The notes beneath the pieces are model-generated. The model ran no database searches, was not told the DNA's origin, and worked only from the letters and a program-made list of their open reading frames with translations. From Setoptus koraiensis (taxonomy: Eukaryota; Animalia; Arthropoda): a DNA stretch of 64,000 nt. The stretch spans positions 2,852,001 to 2,916,000 of the forward strand of contig CM106586.1 in NCBI GenBank assembly GCA_048013815.1, read 5' to 3'. A program made the translations under genes and the position numbers. This document shows, piece by piece, positions 1 through 13,020 of the stretch (positions are counted from its first letter, which is position 1; each line of letters starts with the position of its first letter).

Positions 1-1826
1 GGTTCAACACGAAAACAAATTCAGGTACGAATAGAGAGACAGTCAAGAGAGTACGGAGTTCGAGGGTTCTACTCAATGAATAGAATCTTTATTTATGTAG
101 CAAGATAGGCTGACAAAATGGAAAATGAACTGCAGTTCAATATTATACTGATTTGAGTGACTGTTGAAGGTTCCAGAATTCGGTGTTCCAAATTGAGTAG
201 CTGTTTGCGCTGGTGGGTGGCTGCGGAAAATTTGGGAGAAAAAGAAGAGGTAACAAAACCATAAGTAATCTAGAATCCTATGATGATATGATATGGTTAA
301 TATGAGTAATCTCGTGGATAGCATTTATCAGCTGAAGAAATTTTAGAACTCAACATGTGGAATGGAATGAGTTTTCAGTTGTCCCTATCTATGTATTTGT
401 CATCATTCTACCCTTGAAACGAGACACATGGAATGAAGTATGTCTGCTTTGTTTCCCAAATACTTACATTAGGGAACTGTCCAAGCGTGATACGATATTT
501 GTGTCTAACTGTGAATTTTGAGCAGCTCCTAATAAAATGGGGGATAAAATTGAATTAGTGACTGAGTGGAAACTGGAGATGATGGACCAATAGTAGTATT
601 TGTCATCAGTGAATTAAAGCAGTAATCATTGAGATCAGAGATCTTGGTGATTTTTTTCATCATGTTACAGAATTGGTCAGTAAAAATGGTCTGATATAAA
701 AAGGTTTCTTACCTGAATTATGTTTGTGAATTCAGTTCCTTTTGCGACTTTTTAGACGACACTTGCCTTTTAATAGCAATGATAATTTGTCATTAATATG
801 ATAGACAGTTAACAAATACTATTGAAGATTACTAGCCGAGTAGTCATGCTCGAAAGAAGCTCGAACAGTGAATGTAGGCATGAAGATGGCAATTGTAGGT
901 CAGCAAACTCAGCATGGACCGATGTGGCATTCGTGAACCGGAAAGTTGTGTGCCCTGCGCGCAGCATGCCCAAATGGAGGTGCACTGAGCACGCCTGTTG
1001 CCGGAGACGGTTCGCTCAATGTGCTGGCGTGCATCTGTGCTTGTGCTTTGTGAAAAGAGGTGTTTTCGAGCTTGAAAATTTGTATTTTCCTTTTCCCTAT
1101 TGGGAGGCGTGGTAGAGGGAATCGTTTTTCCGCCTGACCGGAAATGTATGCCACAATACCGGCTCTTTAATTCTGTAATTTTTTACGCTGTTTTCTCGAC
1201 TCTGCTTCTGGCATAAACTATCTAAATACCACAAATAGATCTAAATTATCCATTCATAAACTTGATAGAAATTGAGATAAAACATGGCCGCTATGCTCGG
1301 AAGCGCCCGGAAAAATACCCTAGCCGGTATCCCGCTAAACAAATACAGCGGCAGGTCGTTGTATCAGCCGCGATAATCTTATAATTCGCAAGTTGTGAAG
1401 CGATGTGTTAGAAAGGTTAATCCTATTTTTACTGTGTGAGCTCCTCACAATGCACCAGAGCCAGTTTATGAAAAAGTCCGCTAGAGACGCTGATATCGCT
1501 CAAAATATAGACAGCCAAGCGTAGGCTGTTTCGATAAATGTTTCTTCTTTTTTATTGCGTGTCTAATATAGTGAATTGAATCAAATAAATGTACGCGCTC
1601 TCCAACGCAAGGGGTGCGTTGCACTCTGCTTGATGGGGATTCTGCATAGCCCCAGCTTATGGAAAGGTGAGCAGCGCCGCCCTCTCGGAATTTTTCTTAA
1701 ACCGGTGTAGATTAAATGAAAACAGCTCACACAATACCGAGTAATGGAATGGTCATCGCGTAACCATTTGGCCATAAAAAAATAAAATTATTTAATCAAC
1801 ATTCACCCAGACATATCACCTCCACA

Positions 1827-2225
1827 ATGTCCTCGGAGAATGGCGTTGATTGCCATCTTAGCGTGGAACATTTTCGGACAATATTAAGCCAAAAAACAAG
1901 TCAACTAACACAACTATGTAATCACTGGTCAAAGATAGCCATAGTTATTGAGAGCGATAACGATGATGTCGCTGGCTCAATTAGATCAACAGTTGGACAA
2001 GCCAAACTTCTCATGTCACAGCGATTCAAACAATTCTCAGATCTTATAGATAATTGTGAATTCAACAAGGGACCACAGCCAACCAGACTTGATGATCTAC
2101 TAGGATTCTGGGAGATGATCGAATATCAAGTGGAGGATGTATTTAAAAAATTTCGATCCTTAGATGTAGAAACAAAAGCAACCATAGGTGAAATCCCTGG
2201 AGAGCTTCATCTACAGTCAGCTTAG
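1827..2225 (+). CDS. Stand-alone GKAP (guanylate-kinase-associated protein) domain protein, DLGAP/HURP/Mars family, 132 aa, intronless
   Basis: Translation contains GSIRSTVGQAKLLMSQRFKQFSDLIDNC...PTRLDDLLGFWEMIEYQVEDVFKKF, matching the conserved GKAP core (IRsavGkAqLLmsqkfkQF...DLaGFWd). Confidence 0.78.
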   Translation: MSSENGVDCHLSVEHFRTILSQKTSQLTQLCNHWSKIAIVIESDNDDVAGSIRSTVGQAKLLMSQRFKQFSDLIDNCEFNKGPQPTRLDDLLGFWEMIEYQVEDVFKKFRSLDVETKATIGEIPGELHLQSA

Positions 2226-4498
2226 ATAATTATCGCTGGTGTTTGTTTGTTTGATATTGATGATAATTACATATAAATGTAAACATATAAATCAGCATCA
2301 TCATTGCGGTCTCTCGCTCTCTTTCTCTGACTCTTCAAATATCATTAATAAAGTTGGATACTAAAACTAGGTAGTCTATATAATTTATATACTATGATAC
2401 ACCAGTCATAACATATGCCTCAGATATAACGATTTATATTATTACATTGATCGCATTATCAACGCCTAGATCAACGTCTCTCTGTCCTTAACTATAAACA
2501 GCTAGTTTTCGCTATGACTTGTTAGAACAGAATCAAACGGCCAGTTGGAACATATCAAACACATTCTTTTGTTCTCTGATGAGCCTTATTGGTTTTAATT
2601 TTTATAGCTACTTCTTTTGTTGTTTGTTATATACTGTATATAGTATCGTTTGTTTCAATGGAACATATAATACATTTATAATATCTCTACATTTATTTAT
2701 ATATGCTGCAAAGTATGTATATATGTATCTATACACTTGTTAGATATACATCAGATCAACAGAGAGAACGTAAATCAACAAACATAGTTTCAAACATGGT
2801 GGGTAGCTCAGTAAAGTAGGAATAGCCAACGCTGGCTTCCAACACATTTATTGCATTACATAACACTTGTTGCATGGTATCCGTCAGTTAGAAAGCAACA
2901 ACATTTGTAACTATTATTACTTATATACCCATAGTATATTGGCATTGTTCGCATAGTAATTCTGTAATACAAAAGAACAAAAACGCTGATGTCACTGCTA
3001 ATAACATAAGCAACAACAAAAAAATCATCGGTGTCATTCCAACAGCAACAATACCGCCACCATCACAAACCATCACTACATGTTCCATCATGGCTCCACA
3101 TTGATGGCTACACTTGACTCATTCACTGCAGAATGTATATTGATTAATTCTAATTGTTGGATATAGTCCCCATTTTTGATGCTGTTGCAGGTGTTCGCAC
3201 CCGCTTCATTTATTTTGAACGCTCAGAGACTGCAAGCTAGCAAAAGATGAGCAAACTATCGAGTTCCACAATCAACCATGAAAGATCGCACATCATTTAA
3301 CAGTCATCATAGTTGAATAGTGTTCACTTCTTCCAATCTCGCTGGTCCGTTTCATTTCAGTGTTGGCATTTTCAATCAATGAGCAACAACGATCAAGATT
3401 TAATGAAAATGACATCAAGCTAAAGTTTCTGAAAACAATATTACATTGAAACCTTGAGGACATCTTTTTTCTCTTACAAAAAAAATCATATTGAAGGTTT
3501 GTATACCAGAGCTATCGTGCACGACTCATCCCTTAAGAGAGCTTTTTTCATGAACGGTTTTGATTTTGAAAAGTTACTGTCATGGAAAGCTCTTTTGGAG
3601 GAGAGTTGATTCAAGGCAACAAGACTACAAAGACGGCCGTTGTGCAAGATGGCCATGCAACCACTACAGTGATAAATTGAAAGTAATAATCGATTACAGT
3701 CAAGAGACCTGAATTGCGAATATCTGAAATGCGACAATTTTTCTTCTGCGAGCATGCGTATTAAGTTGAAGTCTATTTAGACGGTGAATAAAACTGAAAC
3801 CAATGATACAGATTTTAGAATATGCGCCGCTTTCATTGGAACGAGATTCGCAATCCAGGTCTTTATACTGTAATTGAAACAGATAGTTTATTGTTATGTT
3901 TTGCTTAGCTCTTCCGCGCTATTACTTGATATGCATGATTAGCGAAAAGTACGAAAGAAGCTCGTGGAAGTTCTTTGATCAGGGGACCGAAGAGCTTATG
4001 CGATTCACCTTACGCGATTTGTCTCCGTGAAAGCCGTTGCTGTGCAGGGTTAAAATTTAGATGGTTCCACAAAATGAACAAGAAAAATGAGTATTTTCCA
4101 TGCAGCGTTCAGGACGGTAGGTAAATTTCTCCGATAGCGGGAGATGAGGGAGGCGGCTCTTCGTGTCAACCGTGGGAGGAGCAATGATGAAGTGGGATAC
4201 AGTGTTGGGGAGTCTCCCCCGAACACAATTTCATCGTTGACAAAAACGGCGCGCAAATCCTCTTTGTGTGCTCTCTATTGTTTGCTGTTTACTTTTACAT
4301 CAATGCTTCCCCTTACCTTTAAATGTCTTTTTACTTATACTCCATAGCAATTTATTTAGAAAGTCTCATATTTTTCAGCTTCTACCATCATCATTATAAC
4401 TTTGTTTTTAAAAAGATACCACATCAGACATCACAAATCATTCTAAACAATTAATTTCTAAATATTCAACAGAGGGAATTATTTAGCGAAGGTTCAAA

Positions 4499-6003
4499 AT
4501 GCAGTCAACAAATGATGAACATTCAGTTGGGCCAAGATCCGCCAGCAGTATCCATAGTATGCGATCTAATGTTAGCAAAGTTCGGACCAACAGTTATTTA
4601 TTTCAGTCTAGTGGTGGCGTCAGATATGCGTCGCAACAGGCTTCGGCTCCAAATGAAAATGATGTCGGCGAAACAGGTCCACCTAATTTAGTCATCTGGG
4701 GCACTGATGTCAGCGTCGAAACTTGTAAGCGACAGTTTATGGAATTTCTCAAATCTCCAAAATTCACTATCGATGAGGCCGAAATGGATGAAGTTCAAGC
4801 CGACACAAGTGGCTACGGTCAAACACCAAGAACCCAAAGTCTACCATTATATCTAACCAAACTTGAGGAAATCCTTACTGTCAATGAGCCATTCCTCACT
4901 GTAAACTGTGCTCACCTGAAAGAGTTTGACGCAAGTCTATACCGTCAGTTGGTGAATTATCCTCAAGAGGTAATTCCAATATTCGACATTGGTGCCAATG
5001 AGGTGTTCACAGATCTTTATCCTGAGCATGAATTAGAACACCCAATCAACGTCAGACCTTTCAACATCGATCAAACATCAACTATACGTGATCTCAATCC
5101 CCAAGATGTTGGCAAACTCATAACAATTAGCGGAATGGTGACCCGTACGTCGACTTTGATACCGGAGATGGTCTCCGCCTTCTTTAGGTGCACTGTCTGT
5201 TTGTTCTCCAAAGAAGTAGCGGTTGAGGCTGGCAGAATAACGGAGCCTCATGTTTGTACATCATGTAATAGTAAATTCTGCTTTGATCTTATCCACAATA
5301 GATCAAAATTCATCGACCGCCAATTGGTCAAACTTCAAGAATCTCCAGATGACATGCCTGCTGGTCAAACACCAAGCACAGTCTCCCTAGTGGCATGTGC
5401 TGACCTAGTTGATAAAATAAGTGCTGGAGATCGTGTATTCGTCACTGGAGTGTTCAGAGCCAGCCCTGTAAGATGCATGCCCAGGCAAAGGAGACTCAAA
5501 ACATCGTACAGAACAACCATTGACGTTATACATTATCGTAAACTTGGATCCAAGAGACTTTATGATGAGGCCACAGATCTCCATTTTGCTCCAGACAAAG
5601 TAGATCGCATGAAAGCACTGGCCAACTCTCCCGATATATACGAAAGACTCTCCAACTCTTTAGCCCCTAGTATATTTGGTCATATAGATGTCAAAAAGGG
5701 TGTGTTATTGCAGTTATTCGGAGGCAGTCGCAAGGAAGCGCCAGGTCGGGCCAGTGACCCAAAACTGAGGCACTTTAGAGCTGAAATCAACATACTCCTG
5801 TGTGGAGATCCCGGAACTAGTAAGTCTCAAATTTTGCAGTATGTGTATCAGCTGGTTCCCAGAGGTCAATATACATCCGGTAAAGGATCGTCGGCTGTTG
5901 GTCTGACTGCTTACGTCACTAAAGATGCTGACACGAAGCAAATGGTTCTGCAGACTGGAGCATTAGTACTTTGCGATGGTGGTATATGTTGCATTGATGA
6001 ATT
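4499..6003 (+). CDS. MCM4: DNA replication licensing factor MCM4, 5' part, intronless, truncated by assembly gap
   Basis: MCM4-typical [25 protein letters not shown], zinc finger C-x2-C...C-x2-[14 protein letters not shown], Walker [46 protein letters not shown] immediately before the Ns. Confidence 0.97.
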
Positions 6004-6503
6004 NNNNNNNNNNNNNNNNNNNNNNNNNNNNNNNNNNNNNNNNNNNNNNNNNNNNNNNNNNNNNNNNNNNNNNNNNNNNNNNNNNNNNNNNNNNNNNNNN
6101 NNNNNNNNNNNNNNNNNNNNNNNNNNNNNNNNNNNNNNNNNNNNNNNNNNNNNNNNNNNNNNNNNNNNNNNNNNNNNNNNNNNNNNNNNNNNNNNNNNNN
6201 NNNNNNNNNNNNNNNNNNNNNNNNNNNNNNNNNNNNNNNNNNNNNNNNNNNNNNNNNNNNNNNNNNNNNNNNNNNNNNNNNNNNNNNNNNNNNNNNNNNN
6301 NNNNNNNNNNNNNNNNNNNNNNNNNNNNNNNNNNNNNNNNNNNNNNNNNNNNNNNNNNNNNNNNNNNNNNNNNNNNNNNNNNNNNNNNNNNNNNNNNNNN
6401 NNNNNNNNNNNNNNNNNNNNNNNNNNNNNNNNNNNNNNNNNNNNNNNNNNNNNNNNNNNNNNNNNNNNNNNNNNNNNNNNNNNNNNNNNNNNNNNNNNNN
6501 NNN
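6004..6503. other. Assembly gap (500 N placeholder)
   Basis: Run of N; round length suggests unknown true size; MCM4 does not resume after it. Confidence 0.99.
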
Positions 6504-6821
6504 TCCAGATTGCCCGACATCGCGATCCATCCAGCCAGCTACCTCAAGTGTTGAGACATCCGTGCCCATTGTTTTCGATATAGGAGTGATTTTGTTCTCT
6601 CTAGTTCGTTGCGAGGCAACGATCGTCAAGTCTTTAAGCGAGTGGTCATCTGTGATCATTAGGGCCATCATAAAGATGGGTGAAAATATTTGCTTCAGAA
6701 TGATTCATCTCAATGCATCTGCACGGTCAGTTTCAAAAAGTTTTCAATGAGGCGTTCGCCAATTGAACATTGGGCTTTGTAACGGCACCATATAAAAAGG
6801 TATCAAAAAGTGATCCATTGG

Positions 6822-6903
6822 TATAGTGCATTACAGTCGTTCGGCAATCACCCCTTTTCTTTAAAATCTAGGATCACAATTCACACGACTGTAATGCACT
6901 ATA
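6822..6903. repeat. Perfect 19-bp inverted repeat with 44-nt spacer
   Basis: TATAGTGCATTACAGTCGT (6822-6840) and its exact reverse complement ACGACTGTAATGCACTATA (6885-6903). Confidence 0.9.
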
Positions 6904-7104
6904 GCAATCGATTTAAGGTCAACCAATAAAGTTGATAGAATCTATAAGCAATTTCTCGAATGTTACATGGTCATGTGTAAACAAGAATTGTTTATCGTTC
7001 AAAATTATTATTTTCATGTTCCTTAATCGATTTTAGCACGATATTTACTATTAAAGGTGATCCTCGCTGCTCATTTGATCCCTACGATGGACCTCTACTC
7101 CACC

Positions 7105-7111
7105 TATAAAA
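7105..7111 (+). promoter_or_regulatory. Candidate TATA box of the receptor gene
   Basis: CTATAAAAG about 200 nt upstream of the ATG at 7314; motif match only. Confidence 0.35.
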
Positions 7112-7313
7112 GCAGTCTTTGTTTACATTCAAGTATCTAGACGCTGTCTAGACCATATCAGGTTTTGTGCACTAGAATGGGAGACAAAGATAACCTGCTG
7201 TCGAATGTGGTCCGAGTTTTTCGTCAAATAGAACCAGAGGTGATCAGCAAAAAATATGAATGTTCCTTCTAGATTTTGTTACAAGCATCTTATAGTCATA
7301 AGAAAGTCATAAA

Positions 7314-9343
7314 ATGGAAAATGTTATGGAAAAAGCGTCTAGCGTTGATTCTGAGGCAGGCCTCATCGACAGAAAGTTCGCCGGGCCAAGATTTAATATT
7401 TTCTCTGCCGTTCATACAGGATTCAGCTATTGTAACCTGTCCACGGCGCTCTTCTGCTACCCCAAACCTGACCAAAGAACTAGACAAAGAATATTTACAG
7501 TGATGTACAAAGAGTATAAACTGAGATTGTTTGTATATTTTATCAAATTGCTCTATCTCATCCTTGGTTTTGCCCAAGCCTTCTATAATGGCTTCGTGTT
7601 AGAATGGCAAATAGAACACCAACAACAACGCAAAGATTACGACAATCATAAACTCGTTAGCTGCAATCAGTTAAATGTTAGTTGTGCAAAAAATGACATC
7701 CACAACAATTCAATTTTGCCATCATTGTCTAATAATTTCGAAGAAACATCAATGGTCTGGTTTGTCGTGATAAAATTGATCTCACACAATCGTTGGATGA
7801 GCAAAACATCTTATACTAGAAAATTAGATCTGATAACGTGTTTGTTTATCGCTAACAATATTATTAAGACACTATTTTACCTATTCAGATTACAGCAGCC
7901 AATCATAAACGAAAATATGCTAACCATCAGGGGACATTCTAAGGGATATATTGGCTTGTTGAATGCCTATTACGATCTCCGGTACAGAGAATTTCTAGTG
8001 GCGCCCAAAATGACTGTCAAAGAACATTTTATCTATTGCTTCTCATCCAAACATCGTCTCAGTGCTGCCTTGATCAAAAAATATCCTATTTTGGGGCCAG
8101 CAACACATAAAGATCATCGTAAAATTGATCTCATGTCCATACGATACAAAAGCGATGTGTTGTGTTCGGCAAGAATCTACAAATTTATGACATCATTTTG
8201 TTTCGCCGGCCTTACGATTGGCGTCATTTCAACAGCTATTGCGATACCGAATTTGTCTTCAAAGAGCGATAGATTTATAATAACATTACTGATAATATCT
8301 GATAATTATCTATTGGTTACACTCAATGCTATTGCATTCGCTGACTTTTCTATCACCCTTATGAATGCAGTGGTTCTGTGTGGCAGATTAGATATTCTCA
8401 ATGATCAATTGATACAACTCACCGAGAAATGTCGCTCAGAGTCGAGAACACTGGCCACCAACTATAATTATAGATTCAGACAGTATCTCTCTCTCATAGA
8501 TTATCAAATTCGAGGACAAACACCCAATTACAATAATTTATATCGACAAATGTATCACAATGCTAAGCCAGACTGGTATAGTGACGAATGTGTCAAGATG
8601 GTGACAACTCTGCATCAATTACTGCTCGAATTGAAACGATTGACTTCCAGATTTACGGATAACACAAATGTGGAATTATTTTTTTTGTTGTGTTCAGCAA
8701 CTTGGCTTATATGTTTATATATTATCATGCAAAACAATAATGTATTTGCCATTACTCCCCTTCTAGCTGTTTTTCTGTCGTTTGTCATATTCTCAGTCTT
8801 TGCAAGTGTGGTCACGCAAATATTTTTTCTTGCTCGAATACCTTCTCATGTAAGCTAATATTTTAGACAGCCGCTATGCACATAGCTAAAGTTATAAACT
8901 CATCTGACATATTGGTAGATAATGACATCCTGCTTTCATTCTTCCTATCACCCAATCGCAATACAATATATGCCTACAAACAGTTCCAGCGGATCAATGG
9001 TAACTTGATGTTTCTCCTAGCACAAGAGCAAATGTTAGAGCCAAAGGTTCGCTCGTTGATCATAGAAACATCGAAGCACCTTTTAGAGGGCAACGAGACC
9101 TCATTTTTGTTGTTCTACCTGGTACCTCTAACTCAAAATCATTTCTTAACAGTGAGTAGTTGCAAAAAGCATTTGCCCGCTAACGCGGCACACCAGTTGA
9201 ATGTGTGTTCTTATGGTATTCGATTATGTTATTTGATTAATTGATTGCGTCACCACAAAAAACGATCCCATTTCCAGGTGACCGTATGGATTACGACAGC
9301 AGTTTACACGTTGATTCAATTCTTTCAGATGATCATTTACTGA
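7314..9343 (+). CDS. Divergent gustatory-receptor-like 7TM ion-channel chemoreceptor (paralog 1); exons approx 7314-8805, 8871-9151, 9278-9343
   Basis: Multi-TM ORF continued by ORF 8876; phase-0 intron 9152-9277 (ACA|GTGAGT...TTTCCAG|GTG) before a 66-nt last exon encoding VTVWITTAVYTLIQFFQMIIY*, resembling the GR TM7 motif TYhhhhhQF. A late phase-0 intron before TM7 is typical of the GR superfamily. Position of the first intron is ambiguous. Confidence 0.7.
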
Positions 9344-9660
9344 CAAGTGTGCAAATGCAAATGGATTGATCAACCGATTAGAAAAAGATGCCATGCAAAT
9401 AATTTGTTCTGTCCAACGGATTTTCTGGATGAAATTTTCTTGGAGTTCGGGCCGGCAACAAAGTTGCCGTGCCGTGCATACTTGGCACGTTCATTAGTGA
9501 AACAATTAGCGAAATGAACTAATTTGTGGCCCATTGTTTGCTGTTGGCGCTCCATTGTTGATGGTAAATATTTGTGTTGTTGTTGTTGATGCGTTGCGTA
9601 TCTATATCAAGTAATGTCCGCTTGCAATAACAATAAAAACAACAAAATCAAGGTTACCAC

Positions 9661-9680
9661 TCTCTCTCTCTCTCTCTCTC
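9661..9680. repeat. (TC)10 microsatellite
   Basis: Direct reading. Confidence 0.95.
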
Positions 9681-11238
9681 CGTCCATTTGGTTGCCGCTC
9701 AACGTCAGGTGGCGCACGACTGGAGTTGCCCATGCCGGGGTTATATAATAGCGATGATGATAATGATTGCGAACAATATCAAATGTTTGTGTTTGTGCCG
9801 TCGGACGGACAACGACGCCGCCGACCACCATCAACGACGCAATGTCAGTCCGTTTGAGCATGGTCATGCCTATTACATCGCAATAAATCTCTCATTTTGA
9901 CTACCGCCTCCGTATGGTATTTTGAATGGTGTCGCTGTTGTTGTTATTTCGCAATTGATAACTACCGACGCGCTCCGTCAAGATTGAATGACGCAGACAT
10001 TGTTATGAGCGCCACTTGGAGGGTCCTGTTCGCGCCGCCGAAATCATTGTTTGTGTCCGCATTTCGGCTTTATTTGGCTCTGTTTGGCTCCGTTCGGCTG
10101 CATGTCGGGGGCACGAGTCGCTGTTGGTTGTCTGAGCGAGAGTGACAGCCACCTTTTGTGTTGCACTCTGTCCGACTCTGTAATGGTCGGTCCATACAAA
10201 GGCACTTGTCACACTCACCGACCGGCTGACCACGTCCATTTCATTCGTGCAGTTTGCTGTTTCGCCGATCCGATCTGGACCGGCCGATCCGCATTGCCGA
10301 TGCGGCCAGTTCGAAGCGAGGCGGCCTCGTCCGAAATTTCTCGACTCTGCGCCCGTTTCGATCGAACGCAGTCGGTGTTTCATTAGGCCACAATGAACGC
10401 CACATATCGCTGCTGTTGCGCTAATTGACAAATCCCTGGCGCGCAACGCCATTTGATTCACCAAAGCAAGCGTCTCGCATGCGGCCACAACAACTTTTAA
10501 CGAACCGGCCCAAAAGCCCGACGGCGCGTCTGTGGCTGTGGCGATGATGACGATTCAGTAATTCACTCATCTCTGGTCATCATTAATATTTTTATTGATG
10601 CTAAATAGCTAAATAGTTGCTGTTTGCACTGTCACTAATCATGTATCTCGGCGACAAAACAAGTGCTGCCCAACAGCACAATACAAGCGACAACAATTTC
10701 GCCATAATTGATGCCACCCTAACAACCAACAGCCGAGGACGCGATAAACGGCTCGACTTAATTAGACTAAACTGGACATTATTAATTGTGTGGACACTAT
10801 TCAAGCTGTCAAGCGCTTTTATTGGAGATTATAGCATCATTAGTTGTTGTTCGCGAACGCCAAACATCTAGCTGTCGTCGTAGTTAAGTCGTTAAGTTCA
10901 TTTGCATTATCACTGTACATGTGGCCGACCTACTACTAAATGCACAAACTATTTTTGTTTGTCTGATATGACAACAACAATAATTAACATTAATTCTGTT
11001 TCATGTTCTTTCGCTCACTCTGTTTGCCGTTTATTCGAGCAGAGACGACACATTCTCTCTGCAACATGCTACTCGTGCTCGTACAAATACTTTGATTGTC
11101 ACTTGTTAACACCCTTGTCGGAAGCACATCCAACTGATTAATTGAAATGTGACTGACCAACTGACGACCAGTGTGCCAATAGCCGCACGGTCGACCGTCG
11201 GTCAGTCGCGTTCTAGCCGCTAGAATCTAGCGGGCAGT

Positions 11239-11278
11239 CCGGGATACCATCGAAATGTTGGTTTCGATGGTATCCCGG
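11239..11278. repeat. Perfect 17-bp hairpin with 6-nt loop
   Basis: CCGGGATACCATCGAAA-tgttgg-TTTCGATGGTATCCCGG. Confidence 0.9.
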
Positions 11279-13000
11279 TTGGTTCATCAATTTCGCGACT
11301 TGCACCAACACTGACGTCGCTCATTTTCTCGAACAATCGGTCGCACATTTCGAGTTTGCGCCACGACGAAAAGTTTTCATCTGACTCGATTGCTCGAAGC
11401 TTGTTGTTGGCGATCTAGCCACTCTCATAGAGATATCGATCTAATTCTGGCCGATTCCGATTCGCCTGATAATATCAGGCTGATATCGTGATCCACACTG
11501 CGGTGCCGCTGCCTCAATCCGCCACTGAAGCCGCCATATCTATCGCTAGACTAGTCGATACTGTTCGTACCGGGATACGCTTGTTTCACAGTTTGTATCA
11601 GCGTGCATTTTGTTTTCGTGCGCTTCCTCGAGACACAGTCCAAAGAACGGGCATTGCGTAGAAAACGGGTATTTCACGGTCGTACCGTGTTTGAGATGGC
11701 TCCATTCGTCAACACGAGAGAACATGTTCAGTTTCGCCAATAATCATATCGTGAAAAATGCGTGGAAACGATCTGTTGCGCTCATGGTGGAAAAAGGCGA
11801 ATTTGGTTGGAAACGAGAAAAATTTGGCTGAAAAACGGGAATTGGGGTCGATGAAAACAGGTCTCGAGAGATCGTTGTTCGCAGTTCGCTCGAATGCAGA
11901 GTTTTCACGGCCAATTGTACAGGTCTGCTGCACAGGAGCGCTTAGCTCATTCACAGATATTAGCTGGCTCGAGATTACAATTGTCGGATTACATACGCCA
12001 CACACGCCATAATCGGTTGTTGGCAAGATTAGCATTTGTGGTGCAATATGAGCGACATTGAAAAAAAAACAAGTAACAGAATTGGCCACAAATTCTATTA
12101 CTAGTGAAGTGTGTGCGCGTTGTGTACATGTTGTTCGCAATGCAAAAAAGAAGCTTCGAAAAAGAAGCTGCGAAATGCAAAGCTCTAATTTCGGACATAA
12201 TGCGCTCTCTCTGTTGTGTTATGTAATGGATCATTAGGATCATCATGACAAACAGTGCTGCTTGCGAGTGCGCTTGCAAATGGCCTAAACGTGTGCCAGT
12301 CGTACGACCGGAAGACAATCATTGTATTAGCTGTGCTGTTTGATGTAATTACATCAGCAGTGCTGGCAGGCTTATGGATTGAAATCGAAATGCAGCGCGC
12401 GATGCGATCAGCTTATCTGACGGCGACGCAAATACTGCTGTATTTGAAATACATGAGCTGCAAAAATTTTGGCATTCGCAGAGGCAAATTCGCGGCCATT
12501 GAGGGCTACGATCATCAAATTGCATCTCCATTCTCTCATTAATGTCGTCATCTATCTTGGCCGAGCGGACCGGGCGAGATCGCGGGCCACGCATCAACCG
12601 AGCGGCTATTTAGCGGATGGATGCAGTGCGCTTGTCTCCACTTGACTTTTATCTCATCTCATTCTGTGGCGTTGTGGTGCGATGCGATGGTCAGCTATAG
12701 GCCAGCTTATAAATAACAACGAAACTCAATGTCATATCGTGATTCATGCCCATGCTGTCCACTAAAAGGCCATTCTCTCAATTTGTGTGTGTTGGCCTTG
12801 CAATTGCGGCTCGGTTGCTGCCGAAATGGTCAAGTTGGCCCTGCTGCTGCGTACAAACAATTGAAAGTGCGATCTGCCAGTTTCTGGCTCGTTTCTGGCT
12901 CGTTTCTGGCCAGAGTGAGCATCATGGGCAGCCAACTGACAGCGCCAATGACAACAAGTCAACGGCATGGAGAATTCTTCGAATCTTCCAAAACAGCGAC

Positions 13001-13020
13001 AGAGAGAGAGAGAGAGAGAG
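13001..13020. repeat. (AG)10 microsatellite
   Basis: Direct reading. Confidence 0.95.

Noticed and set aside
1-1800. Short ORFs (73-324, 822-1115, 909-1154, 1581-1775) and 3486-3755
   Set aside because: No recognisable motifs or splice-supported structure.
6504-6671. Apparent continuation of MCM4 (and a minus-strand ORF) after the gap
   Set aside because: ORFs were joined through Ns. The post-gap translation lacks the MCM arginine-finger and C-terminal motifs, and contig adjacency is unverified.
6822-6845. miR-33-like sequence (GTGCATT...)
   Set aside because: Only the seed-region bases match; the rest differs, and a perfect stem with a 44-nt loop is atypical of pre-miRNAs.
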